This document shows, one piece after another, positions 29,104-38,213 of a DNA stretch of 64,000 bases (within the stretch, counting starts at the first letter, position 1; every line of letters starts with the position of its first letter). This stretch comes from Truepera sp. (GTDB lineage: Bacteria > Deinococcota > Deinococci > Deinococcales > Trueperaceae). A program made the position numbers and the translations under genes. Below the pieces are notes generated by a model. The model saw only the letters and a program-made list of their open reading frames with translations. It did not search any database and was not told the origin of the DNA. The stretch lies in contig CBDCKW010000009.1 in NCBI GenBank assembly GCA_965218435.1, forward strand, positions 384,001 through 448,000. Reading direction: 5' to 3'.

Positions 29104-30660
29104 ATGAACGCCCATGAACAACGCCTCGCCGAAGGCTTTTTATTTACCGACTTATACCAACTTACGATGGCGCAGCTTTACTTTCGTACCGGGATGGGGG
29201 AGACCTGCGCCCAGTTCGACCATTTTTTTCGTGAGTACCCCAACTACGGCGACCATCAGGCCGGGTACTGCGTCAACGCGGGGCTCGGATGGCTGCTCGA
29301 CTGGATGGAGGGCGCACGGGTCAACGATGAGGACTTAAAAGTCTTAAAAAGTCTGACGGGGCGTACCGGGGCGCGGCTTTTTGGCGACGACTTTTTAGAT
29401 TGGCTCAAAGTTTACGGCACCTTCGAATCTTTGACGCTCCGGGCTGTTCCTGAAGGGCGCGTGGTGCATCCGGGTGTGCCCCTCACAGTCGTTGAAGGCC
29501 CGCTGATTATGGCGCAGATTTTAGAAACGGCGCTCTTGGCGCAGCTCAACTATCAGACGCTGATCGCCACCAAAGCGGCCAGAGTCAAAGAGAGTGCGCG
29601 GGGCGGGATGGTCTTGGAGTTCGGCGTGCGCCGCGCTCACGACCGGGGAGCCAACGCCGGAACCCGGGCCGCTTTAATCGGTGGCGCAGACTTTACCTCG
29701 AATACCGGTATCTCGTACGTGTTGGGGTTTCCGCCCAAAGGTACGCACGCGCACTCGATGGTGCAGGCGTTTATCGCATTAGGCTTGGGAGAACTCGAGG
29801 CGTTCCGCGCCTACGCTGAGACCTATCCAGACGAGTGCTTGCTGCTCGTAGACACCGTAGACACGCTCCACAGCGGCGTGCCGCACGCGATTACGGTGTT
29901 TGAAGAGCTGCGGCGCAAAGGGCACGCGCCGGTCGGCATCCGCCTCGATTCAGGCGATTTAGCCTACTTGAGCATCCAAGCGGCGAAGATGCTTAACGAC
30001 GCGGGCTTTCCCGACACTTCGATTACGCTGAGCAGTAACTTAGACGAACTCGTGATCTGGCAAATCCTAACGCAGATTACCCAGGAAGCGCCCGCGTATG
30101 GTTTGGACCCCGACGCCCTGATTCACCGCCTGACCTTTGGTGTCGGTACCCGCCTCATCACCTCTGCTGGAGAAACGGCTCTGGGCGGCGTCTACAAACT
30201 CGTTTCTATCGCTAAAGACGGCGCGTGGCAACCGGCGATCAAACTTTCGGACTCACGTGACAAAGTGCCCAACCCCGGCGATAAACGGGCGTGGCGCGTG
30301 TACGACGCCCGGAACCACGCGACCGCCGACTTGCTGACGCTCCCGGACGAAGCGCCGAAAGCAGGCGAACCCTTGCGTCTGCATCATCCGTCTGACCCGG
30401 CCAGAACGCGTACCTTAAAAGCTCGAGACGTCACGCGGGTTGAACCCTTGCTCGCGACCATCTTAGACGAAGGCCGTTTGGTCTATGACCTCCCCGACAT
30501 CACCGAGATGCGTGAAAGGCGCGTTCACGACATTGACGCGCTAAATACCGGGGTGCGCCGTCTGGTCAATCCGCACATCTATCACGTCTCGCTTTCAGAC
30601 AAGCTCTGGCAGCTTAAGCAAGACCTGATTACGTCGGTACGTGAGGATAACCATGAGTAG
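29104..30660 (+). CDS. pncB: Nicotinate phosphoribosyltransferase
   Basis: '[10 protein letters not shown]', 'EFGVRRAH', 'GTHAHS', 'LVDT', 'IRLDSGDL', 'GVYKL'; alternative start 29092. Confidence 0.95.
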   Translation: MNAHEQRLAEGFLFTDLYQLTMAQLYFRTGMGETCAQFDHFFREYPNYGDHQAGYCVNAGLGWLLDWMEGARVNDEDLKVLKSLTGRTGARLFGDDFLDWLKVYGTFESLTLRAVPEGRVVHPGVPLTVVEGPLIMAQILETALLAQLNYQTLIATKAARVKESARGGMVLEFGVRRAHDRGANAGTRAALIGGADFTSNTGISYVLGFPPKGTHAHSMVQAFIALGLGELEAFRAYAETYPDECLLLVDTVDTLHSGVPHAITVFEELRRKGHAPVGIRLDSGDLAYLSIQAAKMLNDAGFPDTSITLSSNLDELVIWQILTQITQEAPAYGLDPDALIHRLTFGVGTRLITSAGETALGGVYKLVSIAKDGAWQPAIKLSDSRDKVPNPGDKRAWRVYDARNHATADLLTLPDEAPKAGEPLRLHHPSDPARTRTLKARDVTRVEPLLATILDEGRLVYDLPDITEMRERRVHDIDALNTGVRRLVNPHIYHVSLSDKLWQLKQDLITSVREDNHE

Positions 30661-30717
30661 TGCTGTCACCTACCGTCTTACGCCAGCCCACTCTGTGCCC
30701 GCGTATGCTGAGAGGCC

Positions 30718-31923
30718 ATGAAAGATAACCAAAATGTACAGGGACGGCCTTCAAAGGCCGTGATTGTCGGTGCGGCAAGGACGCCGTTCGGAAGTTTTCA
30801 GGGAGCACTCTCACCGCTTAAGGCTTCGGAGTTGGGCGCGGTCGCGGTGCGTGAGGCGGTCTCACGCGCGGGCCTCACCGGAACCGACGTCGAGCAGGTC
30901 TATATGGGCAATGTGCTTCCGGCCGGGATGGGCCAAGCCCCGGCGCGGCAGGTCGTGCGTTACGCGGGCTTTCCGGACAGTGTTCCGGCGGTGACAGTCA
31001 GTAAGGTCTGCGGGAGCGGGCTCGAGGCTGTCATCCAAGCGGCTCGCACCGTCGCTTTAGGGGACGCTGACATCGTGGTCGCGGGCGGGATGGAATCTAT
31101 GAGTAACGCACCGTATTTACTCCCCGGGGCTAGGGGTGGGTTGCGCTTCGGCAACAAAGAACTCGTAGACCACATGGTTTACGACGGGCTTCAAGATGTG
31201 TATAGCGGTAGAGCGATGGGTAGTTGCGCTGAGTCGTGTGCGGCGCATTACAACTTTTCCCGCGAGACGCAAGATGCGTTTGCCGAACAGTCGTACCGCC
31301 GTGCTCAAGAAGCAACGGCGAACGGTTACTTTGCCGAAGAGATTGCGCCCGTCACCGTACCGAGTCGTAAGGGCGACGTTATCGTCACAGAAGATGAAGA
31401 ACCGGGGCGAGTCAATTTTGAGCGGTTGCCGGGACTACGGCCTGCGTTTGAGGCGGACGGGACGGTGACGGCGGCAAACGCCTCGAGCATCAACGACGGG
31501 GCGGCAGCGGTGGCGGTGTGCTCGGCAGAGACGGCAGCCACGCGTGGCTTGCCCGTTCTCGCCGAGATTGACGGCTACAGCGGTTTTGCCACCGAACCCG
31601 AGTGGTTTACGGTTGCACCGGTTGGGGCGATGCAAAAGCTCTTTGCCAAATTGGGTACGCGCCCGGAAGATTACGACCTTTTTGAAATCAACGAAGCGTT
31701 TGCCGTCGTCACGCTGGCCGCCATGACGGAGCTAAACTTAGACCCGGAAAAGGTCAATGTTCACGGCGGCGCGGTGGCTTTAGGTCACCCCATCGGCGCG
31801 TCGGGGGCACGGCTCGTGGTGACGCTGCTGCACGCCTTGCGGCAACGCGGCGGAAAACGCGGGCTGGCGTCAATCTGTATCGGGGGTGGCGAGGCATTAG
31901 CACTGGCACTTAGCGTTCCTTGA
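30718..31923 (+). CDS. Acetyl-CoA acetyltransferase (thiolase)
   Basis: 'ARTPFG', 'KVCGSG', 'EINEAF', 'GHPIGASG', 'CIGGG'. Confidence 0.96.
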   Translation: MKDNQNVQGRPSKAVIVGAARTPFGSFQGALSPLKASELGAVAVREAVSRAGLTGTDVEQVYMGNVLPAGMGQAPARQVVRYAGFPDSVPAVTVSKVCGSGLEAVIQAARTVALGDADIVVAGGMESMSNAPYLLPGARGGLRFGNKELVDHMVYDGLQDVYSGRAMGSCAESCAAHYNFSRETQDAFAEQSYRRAQEATANGYFAEEIAPVTVPSRKGDVIVTEDEEPGRVNFERLPGLRPAFEADGTVTAANASSINDGAAAVAVCSAETAATRGLPVLAEIDGYSGFATEPEWFTVAPVGAMQKLFAKLGTRPEDYDLFEINEAFAVVTLAAMTELNLDPEKVNVHGGAVALGHPIGASGARLVVTLLHALRQRGGKRGLASICIGGGEALALALSVP

Positions 31924-32090
31924 GCCATACTAATTTGCTAGACAAACAGAACTTGCTTGGTAGCGGTTAGTTCATTGGCAACGCGCTCCGTCTAGCTTTT
32001 GCTGACCGACGCGCATATTCTGTAATGAGAGTTGGCGCTGTGCGCTATCTCGAGCGTGAGCTAACTCGTTAACAAGGAATATGTGGATAC

Positions 32091-32810
32091 TTAAACTTTG
32101 CTCGAGTCGGGCATCCGGCCCCGCTGCACCGCCTCGGCGACCGTTTGCGGCAGCCCCCACGCGATGATGTCAAACGCGACGGCGGCAAAGTCGTACTCGA
32201 CCTTATCCATCGTGACCTTGAGCCCCGCTTCGGAAAACTTCAGGAGCGCATAATCTGCGCCCGGTTCACCGTTGAGCGACAAGCCGACCGACCCCGGATT
32301 GACGACCCAGCCGCTGCTGAGTTGCCGGTAAAACGGGACGTGCGAGTTGCCGACGGCCAAAACCTTACAGCGTTGCGACGCTAACAGCTTGCCGAGGGCG
32401 TCACTCGTCCCGCTCAAACCAACTCTAGCCGGAACGTCGAGCGTACCGTGAAGGGCGCGGAGGCGGCCCACCGGGGTGCTGAGGCGGAGTTGTGTGGGGA
32501 GTGAACGTAAAAAAGCGACGTGTTGCGGCTCGATGACCGAGCGTGTCCAGGTTAGGATTTCGTCGGCGACGCCCGCTCTGGGCCGGTCACTGCGTGCAAA
32601 GTCAAACGCGACCTGTTCGTCGGCTGCCCCAAGAGCACAGAGCACGCCTTCTTGCCTGATAAGCTCGAGCGTCTCGTTGGGTGACGGCCCGTAGCCAAGC
32701 AGGTCACCTAAACAGACGATACTCTCTGCGCCCTGACGTTTAAGCTCTGCGATGACGGCCTCGAGCGCCAGCACATTGGCGTGAACATCGCTGATCAGCC
32801 CTAGCACCAC
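32091..32810 (-). CDS. Calcineurin-like metallophosphoesterase (YfcE family)
   Basis: 'ISDVHAN', 'LGDLLGYGP', 'NPGSVG'; canonical GNH and GHTH motifs appear as 'GAA' and 'GNSH'. Confidence 0.85.
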   Translation of the reverse strand: MVLGLISDVHANVLALEAVIAELKRQGAESIVCLGDLLGYGPSPNETLELIRQEGVLCALGAADEQVAFDFARSDRPRAGVADEILTWTRSVIEPQHVAFLRSLPTQLRLSTPVGRLRALHGTLDVPARVGLSGTSDALGKLLASQRCKVLAVGNSHVPFYRQLSSGWVVNPGSVGLSLNGEPGADYALLKFSEAGLKVTMDKVEYDFAAVAFDIIAWGLPQTVAEAVQRGRMPDSSKV

Positions 32811-33141
32811 AGCTGTTCAAGCCTTCGCTGCCTGGTTCTTGTTACGGTTGTTCGCGGCTGCAGCACTCCAAAAGTGTAGCACCGCGCCCCGGTACCCGGA
32901 TAGCAAGAATCTCTCAACTTGTGGCAGAAGGTTACGGATACCTTTGCTGAACGATATGGTTTCTAACAATATGGTTTCTGACAATGCTCGGCCAGGTTGA
33001 CCTTTGCTTTTGTTGTCATGTTTATAGGTAGGTAAGAGACGTCTTCGCCCATAAGCCGCTGACTTCTGTAAGCTTAATCCCAACTTCTTTTCTGCGGCCC
33101 GCTGCGGACGCTGCCAGCTGAACTTAAAAGGCCGACAGCAG

Positions 33142-34398
33142 CTAGCCTTCGGCTTCTAACCCGGTTGTAACACCCTCTTCGAGTGTCCCCTCGTGCCTGA
33201 GGCCCGGTAAAAACGCGGCCAACACGCCCATTGCCAGCGTCAGCAGCGCCGCAAACGCAAGCAGCGCCCGAATCGAGAGTAGGTCGGCCAGCCCGCCGAC
33301 GCCCATCCCTAGCACAATCGAGCCTTCGATCCCGACAAAATACGCGCCGATCACCCGGCCCCGCAACTCTGCCGGGGTTTTACGCTGGAACAGCAGCCGA
33401 ATCGCAATAATCGCCGGAGCGTTAAAAAAGCCGATGATGGTGAAAAATAAGACGGCCAAGGTCACCGTATTCGTAAAGGTATAAAAAAGTGCCGCGAGTC
33501 CGAGGCTCCCGATACTTATCGCCATCCAGTTGCGTTCCGACAGCCGGTTGCCAAAGCTCGCCATCACAAAGCTGCCGACGACAAAGCCCACCGAGGTCAG
33601 CGCCTCTTGAATCCCGAAGGCGGTTTCGGTCGAGCCCAACACCGTAATAGTGAAGGGTAGCGTCAGGGTGTTTAAGATACCCGAGGTGAAGCCGATACCT
33701 AAGCCTATCGTCAGCACGGCCCGCAGTACCCGGTGTGTAAAGAGATAGTCGAGTCCTTTACGCATATTGCGCGAGACCATCGTAAAGGTCGTCTTTTCGG
33801 TGTTGCCCAGCTTGACGACTGTGATACCCATCAAGCAAACTCCGGCAAAAACAAAGGTCAAAGCGTCGAGCAAAAAGACCCAACCGAGTTCAAACTGCGC
33901 GGCTAACAGGCCCGCAGCAGCGTAACCGACGGCGGTCGAACCGACCGTGCTGATGGACATCAGCGAGTTGGCGGCGGCGAGTTCTTCGTCCGTGGCGAGT
34001 TCGGGTAAGACGCTTTCATACGCGGGCGAGTAAAATTGACGGGCACAGCTCGAGAACCCCACCAGCAGGTAGAGCCAGACCAGCCCGAAGGGGATGATCA
34101 GGGGAATCAGGGCGATAAACCCAGCCTGCACAAAACTGCTCAGCACCAAGATGCGTTTGCGGTCGTAACGGTCGGCGATGACCCCGCCGAAAAGTCCGAA
34201 AATGAGGCTCGGCAGCGAGGTCGCCATCAGCATCAGCCCGACGCTGAGCGCGGAACCCGTCAACCGGTAGACGAGAATTCCGGCGGTCAGGGCGGTCAGC
34301 GCGTCGCCGATGGTCGAGACGAGCTGACCGGTCCACATGAGGGTAAACGAACGGTTTCTAAAAACAGCGAACGGTGAAAGCTGCGTAGGTTGTGACAT
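33142..34398 (-). CDS. MFS transporter (DHA3/macrolide-efflux-like), paralogue A
   Basis: Multi-TM; 'FTLMWTGQLVSTIGD', motif A 'GVIADRYDRKRIL', 'TPAELRGRV'; GAGGA SD before ATG 34398. Confidence 0.9.
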   Translation of the reverse strand: MSQPTQLSPFAVFRNRSFTLMWTGQLVSTIGDALTALTAGILVYRLTGSALSVGLMLMATSLPSLIFGLFGGVIADRYDRKRILVLSSFVQAGFIALIPLIIPFGLVWLYLLVGFSSCARQFYSPAYESVLPELATDEELAAANSLMSISTVGSTAVGYAAAGLLAAQFELGWVFLLDALTFVFAGVCLMGITVVKLGNTEKTTFTMVSRNMRKGLDYLFTHRVLRAVLTIGLGIGFTSGILNTLTLPFTITVLGSTETAFGIQEALTSVGFVVGSFVMASFGNRLSERNWMAISIGSLGLAALFYTFTNTVTLAVLFFTIIGFFNAPAIIAIRLLFQRKTPAELRGRVIGAYFVGIEGSIVLGMGVGGLADLLSIRALLAFAALLTLAMGVLAAFLPGLRHEGTLEEGVTTGLEAEG

Positions 34399-34688
34399 GT
34401 GCGTCCTCGAGCGTCGTACTCGGGTTCGGCGTAGGGGCTTATGACCTACCGAAGCAGTACAACGGGATGGGATAAACACACGATACCATAGTTGCGAAAC
34501 AAAGTGAGGCGTAGATGTGTGAAGTTCACTGCTTTTTCAGACAATGTACTTATAGTTTCAAGCAACTCGAGCCAGGTGCCGAACACAACACCGAACAAGC
34601 CGAACGCGCTCGCAATAAGGAGAAGCGTGCGCCGCGTGACTAAAAGCAGCTTACGGTTGGGCGGTATGTCTACTTTGGCGCAATCTCC

Positions 34689-34883
34689 TCAAGTCCGCTG
34701 AAAGCTCGAGCAGCCCAGGGTAACCGGTGAGTGGCGTAACCTATACGGGAGGAGGGCGGGAGCGACGCCCCCCTGCTCACGAACGGCTTCGATCAGCGCC
34801 ACCTCCCGCAGCGCTATGGTGTCGGCTACCGGCTTAAAAAGCCAGGTGTGAGTCAGTGCTCTTTTTGCTTCCGCTCGAGTCAT
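34689..34883 (-). CDS. Putative 64-aa small protein between the two MFS genes
   Basis: AGAAGGG SD before ATG 34883 (MTRAEAKRALTHTWLFKP...). Confidence 0.4.
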   Translation of the reverse strand: MTRAEAKRALTHTWLFKPVADTIALREVALIEAVREQGGVAPALLPYRLRHSPVTLGCSSFQRT

Positions 34884-35061
34884 ATCCGTTTCCCTTCTGC
34901 TGAGAATCATCAGCCAAGCCACGCTATTTGGTGAACAGGAAGGTTGCTCGCTGCTCCTGAACGTCACGCGGTTTAAGACCTTCCGTTTAAGAACGCCCGT
35001 TGCAGCTCTAGGGTCTAGCGTGTCCACAGCACCTCTCCATTAAGTCGCCCGAACCTCAGCC

Positions 35062-36315
35062 TTACAAAGCGCCACTGGTCACAGGTTTGCTTTCTCCTGC
35101 CTCCGCCCTGAGTCCAGGTAGCACCGCCGCCACGAAACCGAGCAGCAGCGTCAAAAGCGCCGACACGATAATCAGCGTGCGAATACCGAGCAGGTCGCCG
35201 AGACCCCCGGCGAGCAAGCCGAGCACCATCACGGCGTCAACGCCCACGTAGTACGCGCCCAGCACCCGCCCGCGCAGCTTAGGCGGCGTTTTACGCTGAA
35301 ACACCGTCTTGATGGTGATAACAGCGGGTGCATTGAACAGACCGATAAGCCCTGCTAGTGCAACCGTCAGGATGACCGATTGACTCAGCGCATAAACCAG
35401 CGCCGCGCCGCCCATCCCCAACAGACAGAGCGAAATCCAGGCACGTTCTTTAAGCCGCGCTGCAAAGCTCGCCATCACCACACTGCCGAGTACGAAGCCC
35501 AACGACATCATGCCCTCTTGCACGCCGAAGACAAACTCCGAACCACCAGGAAGTTCGGACAGCACAAAAGGCAAAAAGAGCGCGTTGCCCATACCCAAAG
35601 CAAAGAAGATAGCCAAACTCAGGCCGAAGATAGCGCGGAGCAGCGGCGTCCCGAAGAGGTGTGCCAGACCGGAGCGAACATCGCCCAGCACCGTGCGAAC
35701 CCCCTCGTCGTGGTCGCTGGCGTGGTGCGGTACTGTGACGCCCAGAAGAAACGCCCCACCTATTACAAACGTCAGCGCGTCGAGCCAGAAGACTATGTTT
35801 AAGCTCAGCGACGAAGCGAGCAGGCCCGCCGCCGCGAAACCGAGTACCGATGAGGCGGTTGCACTAATGGACATAAACGAATTGGCGGCTTCCAACGCGT
35901 CGTCGTCGGCAATATCGGGCAGCACGCTGTCGTGGGCGGGCATAAAAAATTGCTGGACGGTGCTGGAAAGTGCCACCAAAATGTAAAGCCACACGATGCC
36001 GAACGGCAGCAACAAAGGAATCAGCGCGACAAGTCCCGCTTGCAAAAAGCTGGCGATAACCAGAATCTTCTTACGGTCCCAGCGGTCAACGTACACACCC
36101 GCCACCAGCCCGAACAGCAGACTCGGCAGCGACGTTGCCGCCAGCATCAACCCGACGCTTAAAACCGAACCGGTGAGGCGGTAGACCAGAATTCCGGCGG
36201 CGAGTTGGGTGAGCGAGTCGCCGAACGTCGAGACGAGCCGCCCGAACCACATGAGCGAGAACGAGCGGTTTTTGAAGACGGCGAAAGGTGAGGGCGGACG
36301 AGTGGGTTGGGTCAT
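35062..36315 (-). CDS. MFS transporter (DHA3/macrolide-efflux-like), paralogue B
   Basis: 'FSLMWFGRLVSTFGD', 'GVYVDRWDRKKIL', 'TPPKLRGRV'; clearly homologous to 33142-34398. Confidence 0.9.
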   Translation of the reverse strand: MTQPTRPPSPFAVFKNRSFSLMWFGRLVSTFGDSLTQLAAGILVYRLTGSVLSVGLMLAATSLPSLLFGLVAGVYVDRWDRKKILVIASFLQAGLVALIPLLLPFGIVWLYILVALSSTVQQFFMPAHDSVLPDIADDDALEAANSFMSISATASSVLGFAAAGLLASSLSLNIVFWLDALTFVIGGAFLLGVTVPHHASDHDEGVRTVLGDVRSGLAHLFGTPLLRAIFGLSLAIFFALGMGNALFLPFVLSELPGGSEFVFGVQEGMMSLGFVLGSVVMASFAARLKERAWISLCLLGMGGAALVYALSQSVILTVALAGLIGLFNAPAVITIKTVFQRKTPPKLRGRVLGAYYVGVDAVMVLGLLAGGLGDLLGIRTLIIVSALLTLLLGFVAAVLPGLRAEAGESKPVTSGAL

Positions 36316-37529
36316 GGGGCACTTCCTTCACCAGGATTAGTTTGCGATTCAGCCGTCCCTGAGCTAAAAGCACCCTCGGCACCTTCTAAGAAATTGGATA
36401 GCAACCTCTCGGAAAAACCGAGAAGGATAGCAAGGCCCAACGTCAGCAAAAGTCCATTTTCGGTACTGGTGCCATTTGAGGAGGTTGTACCAGATGATGC
36501 CAAAGCCGCGCCGTCCCTACCTTGGACATCAGGTGTGCTAGGAGTAACTGAAGTAGACGATTCAACCGTGTAAGCCTGAGCAATTACGTTCTCCCACCCA
36601 AATTTGTCAAAAGCATCGCCTAAAACATTGATCTGCGCTAAGAAGACAATCAGCAAAATACCTGTCCAAGCAGCTAACGCACCTGTTACTGGAGCAAGAT
36701 AAAAACTCGTCCAAAACGCTCCATAGTCAGTAGGGAACGCTTGTCGGTTTCTCACCGAACGCACAAGGCGACTCAGGAGGCCACCTACAGCACCGGCAAA
36801 GAGAATAATCGCCGTACCAGGCAGAATCGCCACAATAACGATGATGAACAGTAACGACACCGCCATTAGCCAAGCCGCTTTGTTGTGCCAAGTGACGAGC
36901 CTTGTATATCCGGTATCGAGATAGTCGTACCTGACCCGCAAAGCGTCCTGAAGGAGATTTTTATATCTAACAAACTCTCTAGCGGTTATATTCATATCTG
37001 GAAGATTTAGCGCATCGATTGCTGTTGCAATACCTCGAGCTTCGGCTGTAGAAATATTTTGGAGGCTGTTCTTAATAGTGACCAGTTGAGCAGCTACCTG
37101 CTCACTCTCGTAGAACTCGACTAACCGGCGTTCAACCTCGTGAACACGTCGCCAGCCAGCTATCTCGCCGCCTCTACTCCACAGAAAAAAGTTTAGACCG
37201 AAAGCCCAGGTTTCCACGCCCTTACGTGCTTCTCTAAGGGACTCTCTTAATCCATCAATCTGCGCTCTCTGAAAATCGTTAGGTGAGCTAACTGCACTGT
37301 CAAGGTGGTTTTCAACACCTGCAATTTGTGTCAGAAGCTTTCTATGTGTGGGTGACGCGACATTGTGCCAACGACTGATCAACCAAAAGAATGTATAGAT
37401 GAGTATGACAGCGAAAGCCACGGCGAATTCGGGCTGGTCAAAGGGATTAGAAATTCCAAGCGCACTCCAGATATTCATCCTCTGTAGCTCCTGTCCGACG
37501 CTTTCCCACACGTTGCGTAATACTTGCAT
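36312..37529 (-). CDS. Hypothetical multi-pass membrane protein (AT-rich), translationally coupled to MFS B
   Basis: N-terminal TM, helical region, then 'GAVGGLLSRL'...'LLGFSERL' TM module; ATGA overlap at 36312-36315. Confidence 0.75.
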   Translation of the reverse strand: MQVLRNVWESVGQELQRMNIWSALGISNPFDQPEFAVAFAVILIYTFFWLISRWHNVASPTHRKLLTQIAGVENHLDSAVSSPNDFQRAQIDGLRESLREARKGVETWAFGLNFFLWSRGGEIAGWRRVHEVERRLVEFYESEQVAAQLVTIKNSLQNISTAEARGIATAIDALNLPDMNITAREFVRYKNLLQDALRVRYDYLDTGYTRLVTWHNKAAWLMAVSLLFIIVIVAILPGTAIILFAGAVGGLLSRLVRSVRNRQAFPTDYGAFWTSFYLAPVTGALAAWTGILLIVFLAQINVLGDAFDKFGWENVIAQAYTVESSTSVTPSTPDVQGRDGAALASSGTTSSNGTSTENGLLLTLGLAILLGFSERLLSNFLEGAEGAFSSGTAESQTNPGEGSAP

Positions 37530-37660
37530 GATGGTTTCGGCATATCCCTTTCTCGTCCCTCTTTCTTGGACTGTCGGCGGTATAGCTATGAGTGCAACCG
37601 TATGTTTGATTTCCCGCCGCTACGAGTGAGCGAAGACCAAAACGTTTTTAGCGAGAAATC

Positions 37661-37687
37661 AAAACAAAAGCCGGGAATGACCCGGCT
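37661..37687 (-). terminator. Intrinsic terminator of peptide operon 1
   Basis: Minus strand AGCCGGG-TCATT-CCCGGCT-TTTGTTTT; equivalent hairpin kept in operon 2. Confidence 0.75.
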
Positions 37688-37713
37688 GAAAAATATAAAT
37701 TTGGGTCGTAAAT

Positions 37714-37773
37714 CTAGACTTTGCGGATGGCTTCTACAACTTGCTTCGAGCTAGGGGTTTCTTTGTTACGCAT
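37714..37773 (-). CDS. 19-aa ETPSS-family peptide MRNKETPSSKQVVEAIRKV
   Basis: Manual translation; SD AAGGAGGTGA before ATG; homologous to three other 19-codon ORFs. Confidence 0.75.
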   Translation of the reverse strand: MRNKETPSSKQVVEAIRKV

Positions 37774-37851
37774 AGTATCACCTCCTTTACATTTGGGAAT
37801 GGGCCTCGAGCCGAAAATTCAGCTCAAAAACAGCTGGTTCGGGTCGTAAAT

Positions 37852-37887
37852 TTAGTGGCCTCTATAGAATTCAGGTTGGGGTTTCAT
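37852..37887 (-). CDS. 11-aa peptide MKPQPEFYRGH (shortened or diverged array member)
   Basis: SD AAGGAGGTGA; 3' end TAGAGGCCACTAAATTTACGACCC matches the 3' end of 42711-42770. Confidence 0.55.
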   Translation of the reverse strand: MKPQPEFYRGH

Positions 37888-37963
37888 CGCGCTTCACCTC
37901 CTTCGCGTTTGGAAATGGGTTCGAGCCGGGGGACTCGAGCCTTTAGAGCGTTCGGGCTGCGTT

Positions 37964-38023
37964 CTATATTTTGCGGAAGACGCTCACAATCAGCTTCGAG
38001 CTAGGGGTTTCTTTAATTTTCAT
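37964..38023 (-). CDS. 19-aa ETPSS-family peptide MKIKETPSSKLIVSVFRKI
   Basis: Manual translation; SD AAGGGAGG; first ORF after the promoter. Confidence 0.75.
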   Translation of the reverse strand: MKIKETPSSKLIVSVFRKI

Positions 38024-38055
38024 TTTCTGCCCTCCCTTCTTGCTGAACTGACGGC

Positions 38056-38102
38056 AGTCTACAAAAGGGGGTGTGATGTTAGCGTGATGTTGCCGTGATG
38101 TT
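38056..38102 (-). promoter_or_regulatory. Promoter of peptide operon 1 with three 11-bp-periodic CATCAC boxes (SARP-type)
   Basis: Plus-strand GTGATGTT at 38073, 38084, 38095; -10 TAGACT (38061-38056) 11 nt from the last box. Confidence 0.75.
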
Positions 38103-38127
38103 GGGTTGCACACCCAAACTTAAGTCG

Positions 38128-38172
38128 CGTCACGCCTGCGTCACGCTCACATCACGGGCTGTTTTTTATGCT
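38128..38172 (+). promoter_or_regulatory. Divergent promoter for lipoprotein 38214 with three 11-bp-periodic C(G/A)TCACG boxes
   Basis: CGTCACG 38128, CGTCACG 38139, CATCACG 38150; -10 TATGCT at 38167, again 11 nt after the last CRTCAC. Confidence 0.7.
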
Positions 38173-38213
38173 CACCCTCGAAAAGATCACCTTTTCAACA
38201 CATCTGTAGGAGG

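Noticed and set aside
34445..34688. Hydrophobic minus-strand reading frame (..LLIASAFGLFGVVFGTW..) as an MFS pseudogene fragment
   Set aside because: No suitable start codon, and too short to support by eye.
37661..38102. CRISPR array or integron attC interpretation of the repeated units
   Set aside because: No identical 25-45 bp repeats with unique spacers, no cas or integrase gene and no attC core sites. SD-ORF-hairpin units explain the repeats better.
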